In this document: piece after piece, positions 50,231 through 60,825 of the stretch
Numbering within the stretch: position 1 is the stretch's first letter
Layout: the number at the start of each line of letters is the position of its first letter
Assembly: GCA_963841915.1 (NCBI GenBank)
Contig: CAWJEN010000006.1
Location: forward strand, 1,440,001-1,504,000
Direction of reading: 5' to 3'
Length of the DNA stretch: 64,000 bases
Origin: an uncultured Planctomycetota bacterium
GTDB taxonomy: Bacteria; Planctomycetota; Phycisphaerae; Tepidisphaerales; Tepidisphaeraceae
Translations under genes and position numbers: made by a program
The notes under the pieces: generated by a model
What the model saw: the letters and a program-made list of their open reading frames with translations, nothing else
The model's database searches: none
What the model was told of the DNA's origin: nothing

Positions 50231-51298
50231 TTACTCCGCGTCGAGCAGTTCACCAATTTGCCTGGCAAGCGACGCCGCCAGTCGGGCATGGCCTCTGACG
50301 TTCAGGTGATTGGCATTGTGAAACGCACCGGCGCCCCGCTTGGACTGCAAGAAGTCAACACCCGCGCTCACAGAGTATGTGCGATCTTCCATCGCCGCGG
50401 AATCTTGAAGTGTCTGAGCGTGCTGCAGGTTGGCCGGTGCGGCAAGAATGATGAGTGCGTCGGGTGCTGCCTCTCGCCATGCGGCCACGAGCTCTCGCAC
50501 TTGCTCGACGGTCAGGCTCGCATCATTCTGACCGTGCAGGTTGATGACGAGGTCGGGCGCATGATGGAAGCGCCCGTCGATCAGTCGCGGCTGGCCTTGC
50601 CAATGCCACGCCCACGCATCCGCCAGCGACGGCACGCCCCCGCCTCCGCCACGCGTGTTGCCTTGACCGGCGAAGGCGACGACGCCCACCTCGGCGTCCA
50701 GGGCATGTCCGAGCAGCATCGGCGTCGCCTGGCCGGCGTCCTGATTGGCCACGCTCACGCCCAGCTTCAGTGCCTCATATCCCTCCGAGTTGCTGTCGCC
50801 GAATACAAGAACCTTGCGACTACGTGGCGTTGCTTGAGAAAGCATGCCGTTCTGCACGGCCAGCCCGGAGATGGTCAGCGACGCTGCCGGTCGCTCGCCG
50901 CCGATCCATCGCTGAGCTTGCCACCAGACACCTGCAAAGATGATCTCGATCTCATGCAGTCCTTCGTCAAGTTCGTCAGCCAGTGTGATGTGCGTCTCGC
51001 CTGCCGAGAGTTGATGGCGTTGCCACGGCCGGTCATCGAGGCGGAACTCGACGGCGGGGTACTGATTTGCCTTCATTGGCTGGTTCGCTGTCGTGTCGAT
51101 GGCCAGCACGATGCCTGTCCCATTGAACACGCCGCGGACGTACGCGCCGGGCGTGTTGGACGTGATGCCGCCGTCGCCGTTGACGACCCAGTTGTAAGGC
51201 GAACGGACCAGCCGCTCGTCCGTTGCTAGCACGTCGGCCGGCGGGGCGGCGGAGACGACGCCATAAAGACTCACGATAAGAAGGAGAACTCGCATCAT
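50231..51298 (-). CDS. SGNH/GDSL hydrolase, putative carbohydrate esterase
   Basis: Signal peptide; FGDSNSEG, INLHGQND and NHLNVRGH motifs. Confidence 0.75.
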   Translation of the reverse strand: MMRVLLLIVSLYGVVSAAPPADVLATDERLVRSPYNWVVNGDGGITSNTPGAYVRGVFNGTGIVLAIDTTANQPMKANQYPAVEFRLDDRPWQRHQLSAGETHITLADELDEGLHEIEIIFAGVWWQAQRWIGGERPAASLTISGLAVQNGMLSQATPRSRKVLVFGDSNSEGYEALKLGVSVANQDAGQATPMLLGHALDAEVGVVAFAGQGNTRGGGGGVPSLADAWAWHWQGQPRLIDGRFHHAPDLVINLHGQNDASLTVEQVRELVAAWREAAPDALIILAAPANLQHAQTLQDSAAMEDRTYSVSAGVDFLQSKRGAGAFHNANHLNVRGHARLAASLARQIGELLDAE

Positions 51299-51317
51299 GG
51301 TGAAATCTCAGTAAAAA

Positions 51318-52739
51318 TTACTGGTCGAGCAGCACGGTCGTCACGCTCATCGCCGGCAACATCAGCGTATCGCCGCCGACCTCAACTACGGCCAGATCGT
51401 GCTCAGCGTCAGTTACGAAGACCTTCATTCGGCTCGGCTGTTTCTTCGAAGCTTCGAGGTCGACGTCGACCGTTGCGTCACCGGAGTTGATCATGATGAT
51501 TTTCAGCTGTCGAGCATCTGCCGACGAGAATGCGGTCACGCGAATGTCGCCACTCCCGCTTTCGGCTGCCACGCGGACGTCGCCCGGCCGCACAAAACGG
51601 CTCCATTGTCCAAGCACCCAAAGTCGCTTCGTCTCTTCGATTTTGTCCTTGCCGGGCCGAGCGTAAAGGAGACCGTCCTTGTACCCGCCCGCCCCGACGC
51701 CGAGCCACCACTGCCACGACACGACATCAGCGACGGCAAGATCTTCGTGAATAACTTCCGCCAACTCGATGCCGCTCTCGATGCTCAGGTCGTGGCCGTG
51801 CTGCATCTGGCAGTACTCAGTTTGGGCCAAGAGCTTGTCAGGAAACGCAGCCCGCAGCTCTGCAACTGCCTTGGCCCGTTGCTGTGGATTTGTCCAGTAC
51901 GAGTGAACGGCAAGGTGATCGACGTGGCGGCCGATCACCGGATCGGCGAATAGCGCGTCGGCATAGGCGAGCGTGCCAAGCCAGGCCCCCGACTCAGGCG
52001 CCTCGATCTTGAAGCCGGCGTCGCGGCCGATGTTCTGCCTGACGAGCGCACCCACCATCGTCGCCGCCTGTTGCGGTGTGTAGAAGCAGCCCTCTTGGCT
52101 CCGCCAGTCGTCGTCTTTACCCCAACGCCATTGCGGCTCGTTGATGGGCGAGATAGTGACATCCTTCAGGCCGTACGTGTCGCGGATGAGCGTCGACAGG
52201 TTGATCAGGTAGGCGGCAAACTCTCCTTCGGAGCCAGGCTTCAGATTCGGTCCGCCCTCAGGACCGCCGCTGGTAAAGCCGTTGATGGTCATGCGTGCGG
52301 GCGGGCTGCAAGCGAAGAAGACGAAATGTTCCACGCCACGATCACGTGCGCCTTCGACATAGCGAAGCGCGTCAGCGTCACCGGCCAAGTCGAAGTTGCC
52401 CGGTGAGGTTTCGACCGAGTTGGTTCGGCGATCGTCCAGCACAATCTCTTCACCGCCGCCGATCGGCAGGTTATAGCGAAAGATGGACAGGCCGATGCCG
52501 TCGGTGCGGCTGTGCAGCAGATCGAGCATCTCCTCCTGCAGCGTGGGCGGATAGTCCTTCGTCCACGTGTGCCACCATGCGCCAGACGCGCCAAAGCCTT
52601 CCATTGTCTGGTGCTTCTGCGTCGGGTCGACCGTTACCCGCACCGGCTCGGCTGAGACCGCCGGAGCGAGTGTCCCAAGCGCCAATGCGGTGATCAGGCC
52701 GACGTTGAGCAGTTCCGGCACGCCAAAAGGGAGTCGCAT
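51318..52739 (-). CDS. Glycoside hydrolase family 30
   Basis: QTMEGFGAS, IGLSIFRYN, SPINEP, HSYW and QTEYC motifs. Confidence 0.85.
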   Translation of the reverse strand: MRLPFGVPELLNVGLITALALGTLAPAVSAEPVRVTVDPTQKHQTMEGFGASGAWWHTWTKDYPPTLQEEMLDLLHSRTDGIGLSIFRYNLPIGGGEEIVLDDRRTNSVETSPGNFDLAGDADALRYVEGARDRGVEHFVFFACSPPARMTINGFTSGGPEGGPNLKPGSEGEFAAYLINLSTLIRDTYGLKDVTISPINEPQWRWGKDDDWRSQEGCFYTPQQAATMVGALVRQNIGRDAGFKIEAPESGAWLGTLAYADALFADPVIGRHVDHLAVHSYWTNPQQRAKAVAELRAAFPDKLLAQTEYCQMQHGHDLSIESGIELAEVIHEDLAVADVVSWQWWLGVGAGGYKDGLLYARPGKDKIEETKRLWVLGQWSRFVRPGDVRVAAESGSGDIRVTAFSSADARQLKIIMINSGDATVDVDLEASKKQPSRMKVFVTDAEHDLAVVEVGGDTLMLPAMSVTTVLLDQ

Positions 52740-52836
52740 GGCTCCATTCTACAGATTAGCGTTTTCGCCGCCGCCCGTTTCGCCGCACCTGCTTACCGCT
52801 ATCCGTCAAACTGGTGACACATTAGACGCGAAGTAG

Positions 52837-54651
52837 CTAAGCGCCGATGTCTGGTCGATCTCGCAGCTCGACGCGTGCGCTCTCGACCGTCTTGTGTTCG
52901 GCACTTTCGAAGACAACGACTTCATTCTTGCCGCTCCTGAACAGGTGCCGCGGGGCGTACAGCGTGCGCTGCGGCCCAATGTGCCAGAGGCGGCCGAGGT
53001 TGAAGCCGTTGAGGAAGACGATGCAACGCTCTGCCCCTGGAACGGCGAGGTACGCATCACCGATCTGCCCGTCCTCTAGGTCAAAGTGGCCGGCAAAGAA
53101 GCCCGGGCCGGTCGGTAGCTCGTCGCCGAACGTCAAGCCCTCAACCGACTCCATCGGCATCGCCCGGCTGTGCCAGTCGAAGATCGCCCGCTCGTCGTGC
53201 CGTCGATCACCGAAGAGCACACCGCCGCGACTCGAGCCGTCGATGCCTTTGGACTCGGTCATGCGGTGACCGAAGTTGGCTCGGCCGAGATTCTCGACGA
53301 GCACCTCGAGATGGGCCGGAGCTTCCAGCGTCGGCAGCCGGATCTCCGTGGCGGTGCCGGCGTCGAGGTCATTTCGATACTGCATCCCCAGCACCTTGCC
53401 GTTCAGCATGATGGTCGCAATGTCTCGCATCTCCCGCAGCACGATCTTCGAGCCACTGAGGATCGTCGGCACGGTCGCCTCGTAATGCGCAAAGCCGATG
53501 CCGTGACCGAGCTTCTCCATGCGAACCGGCGCGGTGGACCGCACGCCCTTGTCGACGAAAGCGGCTTGGAACTTGCAGCCGCGGTCGAGCAACACGTCAC
53601 GCGGCTGCATCGTCGCCGCCGGCTCAAACCTTTCATCGCTCGTCATAAACCCGTGAGACTTCACGACTTTTCGACAGGCGTCGTACTTCGCAGTCGTGTC
53701 GCCGCACTCGCTGAGGAGCGCGTCGTAGTCGTAGCTGGTGACGTACGGCTCGAAGGCGTCGGAGCAATTTCCGCCGCTGGTCAGGCCGAAGTTCGTGCCG
53801 CCGTGAAAGACGTAGAAGTTGACGAGCGTGTCGCGTTTGAGCATGTCGTCGAGCACCTTGGCCACGTCTGCGGCAGGACGGGAGCTGTGACCGGGTTTAC
53901 CCCAGGCGTCGAACCAACCGACCCAGTACTCCATGCACGACAGCGGGCCGTCAGGTTGATGGCGGGCGAGCGTGTCAAGCCTTGCCATCGCGTCGTCACC
54001 AAAGTTGCCCGTGCGAAGGACACCCTCGATGCCGCCGAGCGTTTGCTGCTCGTCGGTCGGCAGGTCACTGGTGAAGAGCGGGACGTCGACCCCGCCCGCA
54101 ACGAGTAGCTGCTTCAGATGTTGCAGGTACTTGGGATCGTGGCCGAAGTAGCCGTACTCGTTCTCGACCTGCACCGCGAGGATGGGGCCGCCCTTGGTAG
54201 AGAGGCGTGGCACGACGCGTGGCAGCAGCTCATCCCACCACGCCTTCACGGCCCCGAGGTACGATGTGTCACTGCATCGCACGCGTGCGTTGTCTCGTTC
54301 CAGTAGCCACCACGGCAGGCCGCCAAAGTCCCACTCAGCGCAGATGTAGGGCCCTGGTCGCAGCAGAACGTGCAGATCCAGCTGCGCGGCCAGATCGACA
54401 AACTGCTCCAGATCGCGATGCCCGTCGAAGCGAAATTCGCCGCGATACGGCTCGTGAAGATTCCACGGCACGTACGTCTCGACCGTGTTACAGCCGAGAG
54501 CCTTGAGCTTCAGCAGTCGATCCTCCCAATCGGGGGCCAGCGTGCGAAAGTAGTGGATCGCGCCGCTGAGCAGTCGGACCGGCTTCTCGTCGACGAAGGT
54601 CTGTCGGCCTTGCCAGGTGAGATTGCTTGATCGGCGATTTGCGTCACTCAT
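52837..54651 (-). CDS. Beta-galactosidase, GH35
   Basis: SGAIHYFR, ETYVPWNLHE, RPGPYICAEW, QVENEYG, GGTNFG and TSYDYDA motifs. Confidence 0.95.
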   Translation of the reverse strand: MSDANRRSSNLTWQGRQTFVDEKPVRLLSGAIHYFRTLAPDWEDRLLKLKALGCNTVETYVPWNLHEPYRGEFRFDGHRDLEQFVDLAAQLDLHVLLRPGPYICAEWDFGGLPWWLLERDNARVRCSDTSYLGAVKAWWDELLPRVVPRLSTKGGPILAVQVENEYGYFGHDPKYLQHLKQLLVAGGVDVPLFTSDLPTDEQQTLGGIEGVLRTGNFGDDAMARLDTLARHQPDGPLSCMEYWVGWFDAWGKPGHSSRPAADVAKVLDDMLKRDTLVNFYVFHGGTNFGLTSGGNCSDAFEPYVTSYDYDALLSECGDTTAKYDACRKVVKSHGFMTSDERFEPAATMQPRDVLLDRGCKFQAAFVDKGVRSTAPVRMEKLGHGIGFAHYEATVPTILSGSKIVLREMRDIATIMLNGKVLGMQYRNDLDAGTATEIRLPTLEAPAHLEVLVENLGRANFGHRMTESKGIDGSSRGGVLFGDRRHDERAIFDWHSRAMPMESVEGLTFGDELPTGPGFFAGHFDLEDGQIGDAYLAVPGAERCIVFLNGFNLGRLWHIGPQRTLYAPRHLFRSGKNEVVVFESAEHKTVESARVELRDRPDIGA

Positions 54652-54853
54652 AAAGCCAGTAAAGGCAAGGAAGCATGACGCTTGCGAGGTCAGGCAATAG
54701 ATTCGCGGAGAACGATAACGGGCTGCCACGCCCACGATGTTGCTGCAGCAGAGTCGGTGATTTAGCCTGACCAACGCAGGCCTCCGTAAATGCCCCGGAA
54801 GTTCAGTCATCTGTCGTTTGCACGGCATCTTCGGCAGAACCCAATCGCTCCTG

Positions 54854-56167
54854 ATGATCGTAAAGCTGACCGCCACGTCGTCGCTCATTGCACTTGCCGC
54901 GTTGCTGACGTGGCTGCCGAACTTTGGGCGTGTCACGGCAGCGGCCGACGGGCGTCGGGTCGTCACAGTGTGGAGCTGGGACATTGCAGCAGAAGCACTC
55001 GACGCCGTCACCGACGACTTCGAGGCGGCCGCTCCCGATGTTGACGTGCGTGTCGAGCGAAACGGCACCATGCTGCAAAGCCGCCTCTTGCTTTCACTCG
55101 TCGCCGAGAAGGGTGGGCCGTCCGTTGCGCAGTTGCAGGAGCGGGAGACGATGCGCTTCAGCGGGACCGGGCGACTCGTGGAGCTGACCGATTGGGCGGC
55201 CAAGCATCGGGATGACTTTCCGCCGTCGTTCTGGGCGAGTGTGGAGCAGGAAGGCAAGGTGTACGCGGTGCCGTGGGACATCGGGCCATGCGCTGTTTAC
55301 TACAAGCGGTGGCTGTTCGAGCGGTACGACATCGACCCGGAGGAGATCGAGACGTGGGACGACTTCATCGCCGCCGGTGAGTTGATGTACGAGCGTTCGG
55401 GCGGTGAGACGATGATGATGCCACTGTCCCCAGGGTCATCTACTGACATGCTGACCATGTTGATGCAGCAGAACGGCGGCGGCATCTTTAACTCGGACGG
55501 CAGGATCATGCTTCAAGCTCCGGAAAACCAGGAGGCATTGATTGTGCTCGGGCGGCTGCTGGCGTCGGATGCCACAGGTCTCGGCGCAATGGGTGGGCCT
55601 GAGTTTCTGTCCGGCTTGTCCCGCGACACGTTCGCTTGCTACCCAGGTGCGGCCTGGTTAAGCAAGATGATCAAAGACAACTCGAACGAGACGCGCTACG
55701 GCGAGTGGGGCATCTTCAGGTTGCCCGCAATCCGACCGGGCGGCCTGCGGAACAGCAATTCCGGAGGCAGTGTGCTCGTCGTGCCCGAGGGTGCCACCGA
55801 GCCCGAGGCTGCGGGGCGGTTCATCGAGTACGCGTTGTGCACCGTGCCGGGCCAGATCGAGCAGTTCGAGAAGTACGGCCTGTTCCCGGCTTACCTGCCT
55901 GCGCACGATCACCCGTACTTCAGTCAGCCCGACCCTTTCTACGGCGGCCAGGCGGTGAACGAGCTGTTCGCCCGCGACTTCGAGAAGGTGCCGCCTTTGA
56001 CGCGAACGAACGACTGGACCGACGGCGAACGGCTTCTCGGTCAGAGCCTGAATCGATTTGCGGTTCAGCGACCGGACGAGGCGACGTTTCTTCGAGAGCT
56101 TGCAGAAACGCTGGCCGAGCAAACAGGTCGTGAACTCGCCGACGCTACATCGAGGAGCTCGTCGTGA
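54854..56167 (+). CDS. Sugar ABC transporter substrate-binding protein
   Basis: VTVWSW, YAVPWDIGP and NSGGS motifs; upstream of two permeases. Confidence 0.88.
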   Translation: MIVKLTATSSLIALAALLTWLPNFGRVTAAADGRRVVTVWSWDIAAEALDAVTDDFEAAAPDVDVRVERNGTMLQSRLLLSLVAEKGGPSVAQLQERETMRFSGTGRLVELTDWAAKHRDDFPPSFWASVEQEGKVYAVPWDIGPCAVYYKRWLFERYDIDPEEIETWDDFIAAGELMYERSGGETMMMPLSPGSSTDMLTMLMQQNGGGIFNSDGRIMLQAPENQEALIVLGRLLASDATGLGAMGGPEFLSGLSRDTFACYPGAAWLSKMIKDNSNETRYGEWGIFRLPAIRPGGLRNSNSGGSVLVVPEGATEPEAAGRFIEYALCTVPGQIEQFEKYGLFPAYLPAHDHPYFSQPDPFYGGQAVNELFARDFEKVPPLTRTNDWTDGERLLGQSLNRFAVQRPDEATFLRELAETLAEQTGRELADATSRSSS

Positions 56168-56177
56168 AATCGGGCGC

Positions 56178-57134
56178 ATGGAACTAGAGGCACCCGTCCG
56201 GTCGGCCGTGGCGCGGCAGGACGTCTCGCAGCTCAAAGCGGATGGCACGCCCGGCGAATCCTTGAAGAGCCGTCTCTGGCAGTACAAGCATTTCTACGCG
56301 TTCATCTCGCCGTTCTTCATCCTGTTTGCGGTGCTGGGACTGTACCCGCTGGTCTTTTCGCTCTACCTCAGCTTCGCGACGTGGGACGGCCTGGGCCCGC
56401 AGCAGTGGGTGGGACTCGACAACTTTCGGCAGCTGCTAGGCGACCGAATGTTCTGGTCGAGCCTGGGCGTGACGCTGATCCTGGGCATGATGTACATCCC
56501 GCCGATGTTTGTGATGGCGCTCGGGCTTGCGCTGCTGCTCAACGCAAATGCACTGAAGCTCAAGGGTTTCTTCCGCGCGGCGGTCTTCGTGCCTTGCATC
56601 ACGCCGATGGTCGTGATCGCGGTCGTCTTTTCTCTGCTCTTCGGTACGCAGGCGGGGTTGCTGAACTGGCTGTGGATCAGCGTCGGCGGCGAACGCGTTG
56701 CCTGGCTGGAGACAACGTGGGGCGCTCGCGTTGCGGTGTGTGTCGTGCTGGTGTGGCGGTGGACGGGTTACAACATGGTGCTGATCCTCGCCGGGTTGCA
56801 AGGCATCAGCGAAGACCTGTACGAGGCGGCGACGTTGGACGGCGCGTCGCGTTGGCAGAAGCTGATCCACGTGACCTTGCCGTTGTTGCGGCCGACGCTG
56901 ATGTTCTGTGCGATCATGTCGCTTGTCGGAACCGCGTTCATGTTTGACGAGGTGTTCGTGTTGACCGGCGGCGGACCGGGGACGGACACGGTTAACTTCG
57001 GGCTCTACCTGTTCCAGCTGTCGTTCGAGAGCTTCCGCCTCGGCTATGCGTCGGCGGCGGCGTACGTGGTGGCGGGAACTGTCTTCGTCGCCACACTCAT
57101 CGTCCTGCGACTCGGAAAGGCGGCAGACGCGTGA
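56178..57134 (+). CDS. Carbohydrate ABC transporter permease
   Basis: WVGLDNF and LYEAATLDGAS (EAA loop). Confidence 0.92.
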   Translation: MELEAPVRSAVARQDVSQLKADGTPGESLKSRLWQYKHFYAFISPFFILFAVLGLYPLVFSLYLSFATWDGLGPQQWVGLDNFRQLLGDRMFWSSLGVTLILGMMYIPPMFVMALGLALLLNANALKLKGFFRAAVFVPCITPMVVIAVVFSLLFGTQAGLLNWLWISVGGERVAWLETTWGARVAVCVVLVWRWTGYNMVLILAGLQGISEDLYEAATLDGASRWQKLIHVTLPLLRPTLMFCAIMSLVGTAFMFDEVFVLTGGGPGTDTVNFGLYLFQLSFESFRLGYASAAAYVVAGTVFVATLIVLRLGKAADA

Positions 57135-57979
57135 GCAACTCCCAGACCATCAGTCGCAATTCACTTGGTGCTGTTGCGCGGTACGGCCTTCTGCTCCTGA
57201 CAGCCATCGTCTTCTTGTTGCCGTTGTATTGGCTGCTTGCCAGCGCATTCAAAGATCAGAGCCGGATCTACGCCCTGCCGCCGGAGCTGTTTCCAATTCC
57301 GCCGGTGCTCGGCAACTTCGGCGATGTGTTCGACCAGACACGCCTGGCCAGGGCGTTTTTCAACTCGGCCGTCATCGCCGTCGTGCACGTGGCGCTCACG
57401 CTGTTCCTTTGTTCGCTCGCCGGCTTCGCCTTTTCCGCCTATCGATCGGCACCCGGGGCCAACGGACTCTTCGTCGCGGTGTTGGGGACGATGATGATTC
57501 CCGGAGCGGTGACGCTCGTGCCGGTGTTCGTGCTCATGAGTGAGGTGCGGGCGATCGATACGTACTGGGGCATGATCATCCCCGGGATTGCCAACGCGTT
57601 TGGCATCTTCTGGATGAGGCAGTACTTCTCTGCCAACGTGCCGGCCGATCTCTATAGCGCGGCACGGATCGACGGCTGCAGCGAGTTCGGCATCTACTGG
57701 CGCGTCGCCGTCCCCCTGGCCACGCCGGCACTGGCGGCCTTGGGGGTGCTGACGCTGATCTCGAATTGGAATAACCTCATGTGGGCCTTCGTCGTGCTAC
57801 GAAGCGAACACATGCAGACCATGCCGTTGCTGATCTACCTGCTGCAGGGTGAGAACCTGACGCCGTGGGGCATGCTCATGGCAGCGGGCGTGCTGGCGAC
57901 GGCACCACTCGTCATCGCCTTTCTCCTATTCCAGAAGGCGTTCATCGGCGGCATGACAGCCGGTGCGGTCAAGAGCTAG
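57131..57979 (+). CDS. Carbohydrate ABC transporter permease
   Basis: AARIDGCSE and terminal GMTAGAVKS. Confidence 0.92.
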   Translation: MSNSQTISRNSLGAVARYGLLLLTAIVFLLPLYWLLASAFKDQSRIYALPPELFPIPPVLGNFGDVFDQTRLARAFFNSAVIAVVHVALTLFLCSLAGFAFSAYRSAPGANGLFVAVLGTMMIPGAVTLVPVFVLMSEVRAIDTYWGMIIPGIANAFGIFWMRQYFSANVPADLYSAARIDGCSEFGIYWRVAVPLATPALAALGVLTLISNWNNLMWAFVVLRSEHMQTMPLLIYLLQGENLTPWGMLMAAGVLATAPLVIAFLLFQKAFIGGMTAGAVKS

Positions 57980-59538
57980 TCGCCCTGTCCGGCGAGACGC
58001 TCAGGCTGCTGCTTTACTGCATCGAGCATCGCCGTCAGCTCTTCGACAACCTCCGGATGCGATGCCGCGACATTGACCTGCTCACCCGGATCGTCGGCGA
58101 GGTTGAACAGCATCGGCCGCCGTGAAGGTCCCGGCGTCGACAGCGGATTCGGGTAGGTGTTGTGCTTGGCGACGGTCCACGCTTGGAGTCCGTACCCGGG
58201 AATCAACTTCCAGTCGCCTCGCCGGAAGGCGACAACGCCAGGAGCCGTCTGAATGACATGACCGCGGCCGGTGTCTGCCTCGCCCAGCAGGTGGTCGAGC
58301 GCGTTCAGGCTGTCCGCTGCGGCTCCGCTAGGAAGCTCGGCACCGGTCAATGCTGCAAGCGAATGCATCAAATCCACTTGGCTGAACAGATGCTCTGACA
58401 CGCCCGGCTCGACACGATCAGGCCAATGCACGAGGAAGGGCACCCGGCACCCGCCTTCGAACGGCAAGTACTTTCCGCCACGCGAGTCACCCGACGCCTG
58501 GTGGTTGTTAGCCTTCTCGATCGAGCCGTCGTTGTACGAGTCGTAGAAGATCGCACCGTTGTCGCTGGTGAAAATCAGCAGCGTGTTGTCGAGCATGTCT
58601 CGCTCTTGCAACAGGCTGACGACTTCACCGACCGCCCAATCGAGCTCGATCATCGAGTCGCCGCGTAGGCCGGTTTGGCTGGTGTCGACGAATTGCTCTG
58701 CCGGCGTTCGCGGCGTGTGGACCTGGTGAAGCGAAAGGAAGACGAACTGCGGCTCGTCACCCTTGCCGTCGAGGAACTGCTTGAAGCGGTCGACGAATTG
58801 GCCGGTCAGCGCCTGGTCGTCCCACCAGGCGCTCTTCCCGCCGGACTGCCAACCGATGCGGGAGATGCCGTTGACGATGGTGCCGTTGTGCTGGCCGTCA
58901 GCCGGGTACTTCAGCAGCTGCGGATGCGAAGCAGCCGTCGGTTCGTCACCGACTTGTTGGCTAAAGCTGACCGTGAGCGGGTCGTCTGCAGACAGACCCA
59001 CGACTCGGTTGCCCTCCATCAAGACGGTGGGAACGCGGTCGTTCGTGGCGGGCAAGATGAAAGACTCGTCGAACCCTAGATCGAGCGGCGTCGCGTCGAC
59101 GTCGCCGTTCCAGTTGATCGGGCCGGACCCGTCGCCGAGCCCGAGGTGCCACTTGCCGATCATTGCCGTCTCGTACCCGACGTCATTGAGCACGCTTGCC
59201 AAGGTCGAAGTTCCTGATTCGATGAGCATGGCCGCGTCGCCGTTGAGGATGTAGGTCCCCCGCTGACGGAACGGGTAGTTGCCGGTCAGAACGCTGTAGC
59301 GACTGGGCGTGCAGGTGGACGAGGTGGCAAACGCCTGATTGAACCGCAGACCCGCTGCAGCAAGGCGGTCGAGGTGCGGCGTGTCCGTCGTCGGCTCTCC
59401 GTACGCGCCCACGTCACCCACACCGACGTCGTCGCTGTAGATGATGACGATGTTCGGCCGTTCTGACTCCTCGGCCGACGCAGGAACCGTAATCCCGCCG
59501 AGGGCGGCGAAAGAGAGGACGAGGTGAGTGAGGCGCAT
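57976..59538 (-). CDS. Sulfatase (S1)
   Basis: SDDVGVGD, CTPSRYSVLTG, GKWHLG and TSDNG motifs. Confidence 0.93.
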   Translation of the reverse strand: MRLTHLVLSFAALGGITVPASAEESERPNIVIIYSDDVGVGDVGAYGEPTTDTPHLDRLAAAGLRFNQAFATSSTCTPSRYSVLTGNYPFRQRGTYILNGDAAMLIESGTSTLASVLNDVGYETAMIGKWHLGLGDGSGPINWNGDVDATPLDLGFDESFILPATNDRVPTVLMEGNRVVGLSADDPLTVSFSQQVGDEPTAASHPQLLKYPADGQHNGTIVNGISRIGWQSGGKSAWWDDQALTGQFVDRFKQFLDGKGDEPQFVFLSLHQVHTPRTPAEQFVDTSQTGLRGDSMIELDWAVGEVVSLLQERDMLDNTLLIFTSDNGAIFYDSYNDGSIEKANNHQASGDSRGGKYLPFEGGCRVPFLVHWPDRVEPGVSEHLFSQVDLMHSLAALTGAELPSGAAADSLNALDHLLGEADTGRGHVIQTAPGVVAFRRGDWKLIPGYGLQAWTVAKHNTYPNPLSTPGPSRRPMLFNLADDPGEQVNVAASHPEVVEELTAMLDAVKQQPERLAGQGD

Positions 59539-59555
59539 AGGGCAGGGGCGGGTAG

Positions 59556-59595
59556 AAAAAGATCGGGCACCCGCGGCATGGCCGTGGGTGCCCGA
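59556..59595 (-). terminator. Intrinsic terminator after the PEP-CTERM gene
   Basis: TCGGGCACCCGCGGC-ATG-GCCGTGGGTGCCCGA hairpin with an A-run (U-tract on the minus strand). Confidence 0.7.
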
Positions 59596-59617
59596 CGAGT
59601 TCATGCAAGCAGACGTC

Positions 59618-60283
59618 TCAGGCGCGACGACGACGCATCAGCAGCGGGGCTGCGGCGAGGACGAGGCCCATCGAAGCCGGCTCGGGAACAATGTTGTTCT
59701 CGAAGCTGAAGCCGCGAATAGCGAGCTGAGCACCAGCCTGGTTGGTGTCGTTGATGCTGACAAGCAGCGTCTGCCCTTGGCTGGCGGCCGGATCGAGCGA
59801 GACGGTGCGGAGCGTCCCGTTGAAGCCGGCACCGCCCTGGAAGAACGACAGCGTGCCGGCGTCGTACATCAAGCCTGAGATGTTACCGGTCACGTCAATC
59901 GACGCCATCGGGTCAGAGGTGAAGCCGCTGATCGAGACAAGGCCGCGGGAGAAATCATAACCGAGCGAGGCGAGGCCGGAGGTGGCGCCGAAGTCGATCT
60001 GGAGCTGCTCGTCGTTCTCGTTACCGACGATGATGTCGGGATCGTTGAATGCCGCGGCGTTGGTGCCGAAGCCGTCGATGCCGAGGCGGGGTGCCACGGC
60101 GTTGAACGTGACGACGGTGCCGCCACGAAGTGGGGTGAACGTGGCCGACGCATCGCCCATGCCGATGGTGGTGGTAACGGTGTTGGTGTCGCCGAGGTTG
60201 ACGTCAGCTGGCGTGACGGGAACAAGGGCGGCATTGGCGGCGGTTGCGAAGCCGGCGACGGCAAGAAAAGCTTTGACCTTCAT
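59618..60283 (-). CDS. PEP-CTERM sorting-domain protein
   Basis: Signal peptide; C-terminal VPEPASMGLVLAAAPLLMRRRRA. Confidence 0.92.
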   Translation of the reverse strand: MKVKAFLAVAGFATAANAALVPVTPADVNLGDTNTVTTTIGMGDASATFTPLRGGTVVTFNAVAPRLGIDGFGTNAAAFNDPDIIVGNENDEQLQIDFGATSGLASLGYDFSRGLVSISGFTSDPMASIDVTGNISGLMYDAGTLSFFQGGAGFNGTLRTVSLDPAASQGQTLLVSINDTNQAGAQLAIRGFSFENNIVPEPASMGLVLAAAPLLMRRRRA

Positions 60284-60825
60284 GATTTTCTCCTCAGGTT
60301 GAAAAGTGATTCGAACGATTCCTCCCGTGCAGCCAGCAGAAAGCTGGTGAAGCAGCGGTCAGATGAGCCATAAACCTACACGAAAGGCGGCGAGTGTGCT
60401 TGCCGAGTCTGCCGCAAAATATTACCGTTTTGCACACCAATGTCATGAAAATCGACATCGGCCGACGACATCAGGTGAAAAATGTCGCTTACCGAGCCGT
60501 CCAGCGGCTGCCACGCGATGAATTTGAGAAGTCGCCCGTGGCAGGTTGGAAGCTGGCCATGATGAATCCGGTTCGTCCGATAGGCGAATGCCTGTGTCGT
60601 CCGGACGCGGCCGACGGACTTGCGACGCTCCGATGACGGTTTATCGGCAGCTTCGCATCATGCTCACCACGCTGATATGGCTGAGCCTAGAAGCCTAGCC
60701 CGGTGACGAAAAAGCATAATTAAGGAATCATTTGCCGCAAAGCGGATGTAGGCGTAGACGATGTAGGTCGTATGGTACTAGCTGGCCCAACCGCCGCTTT
60801 CGAACCCGTCCTGAGGAGGTCCATC

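Noticed and set aside
54652..55281. 210-aa N-terminal extension of the GH35 ORF
   Set aside because: Overlaps the divergent substrate-binding protein gene; GH35 homology starts just after ATG 54651
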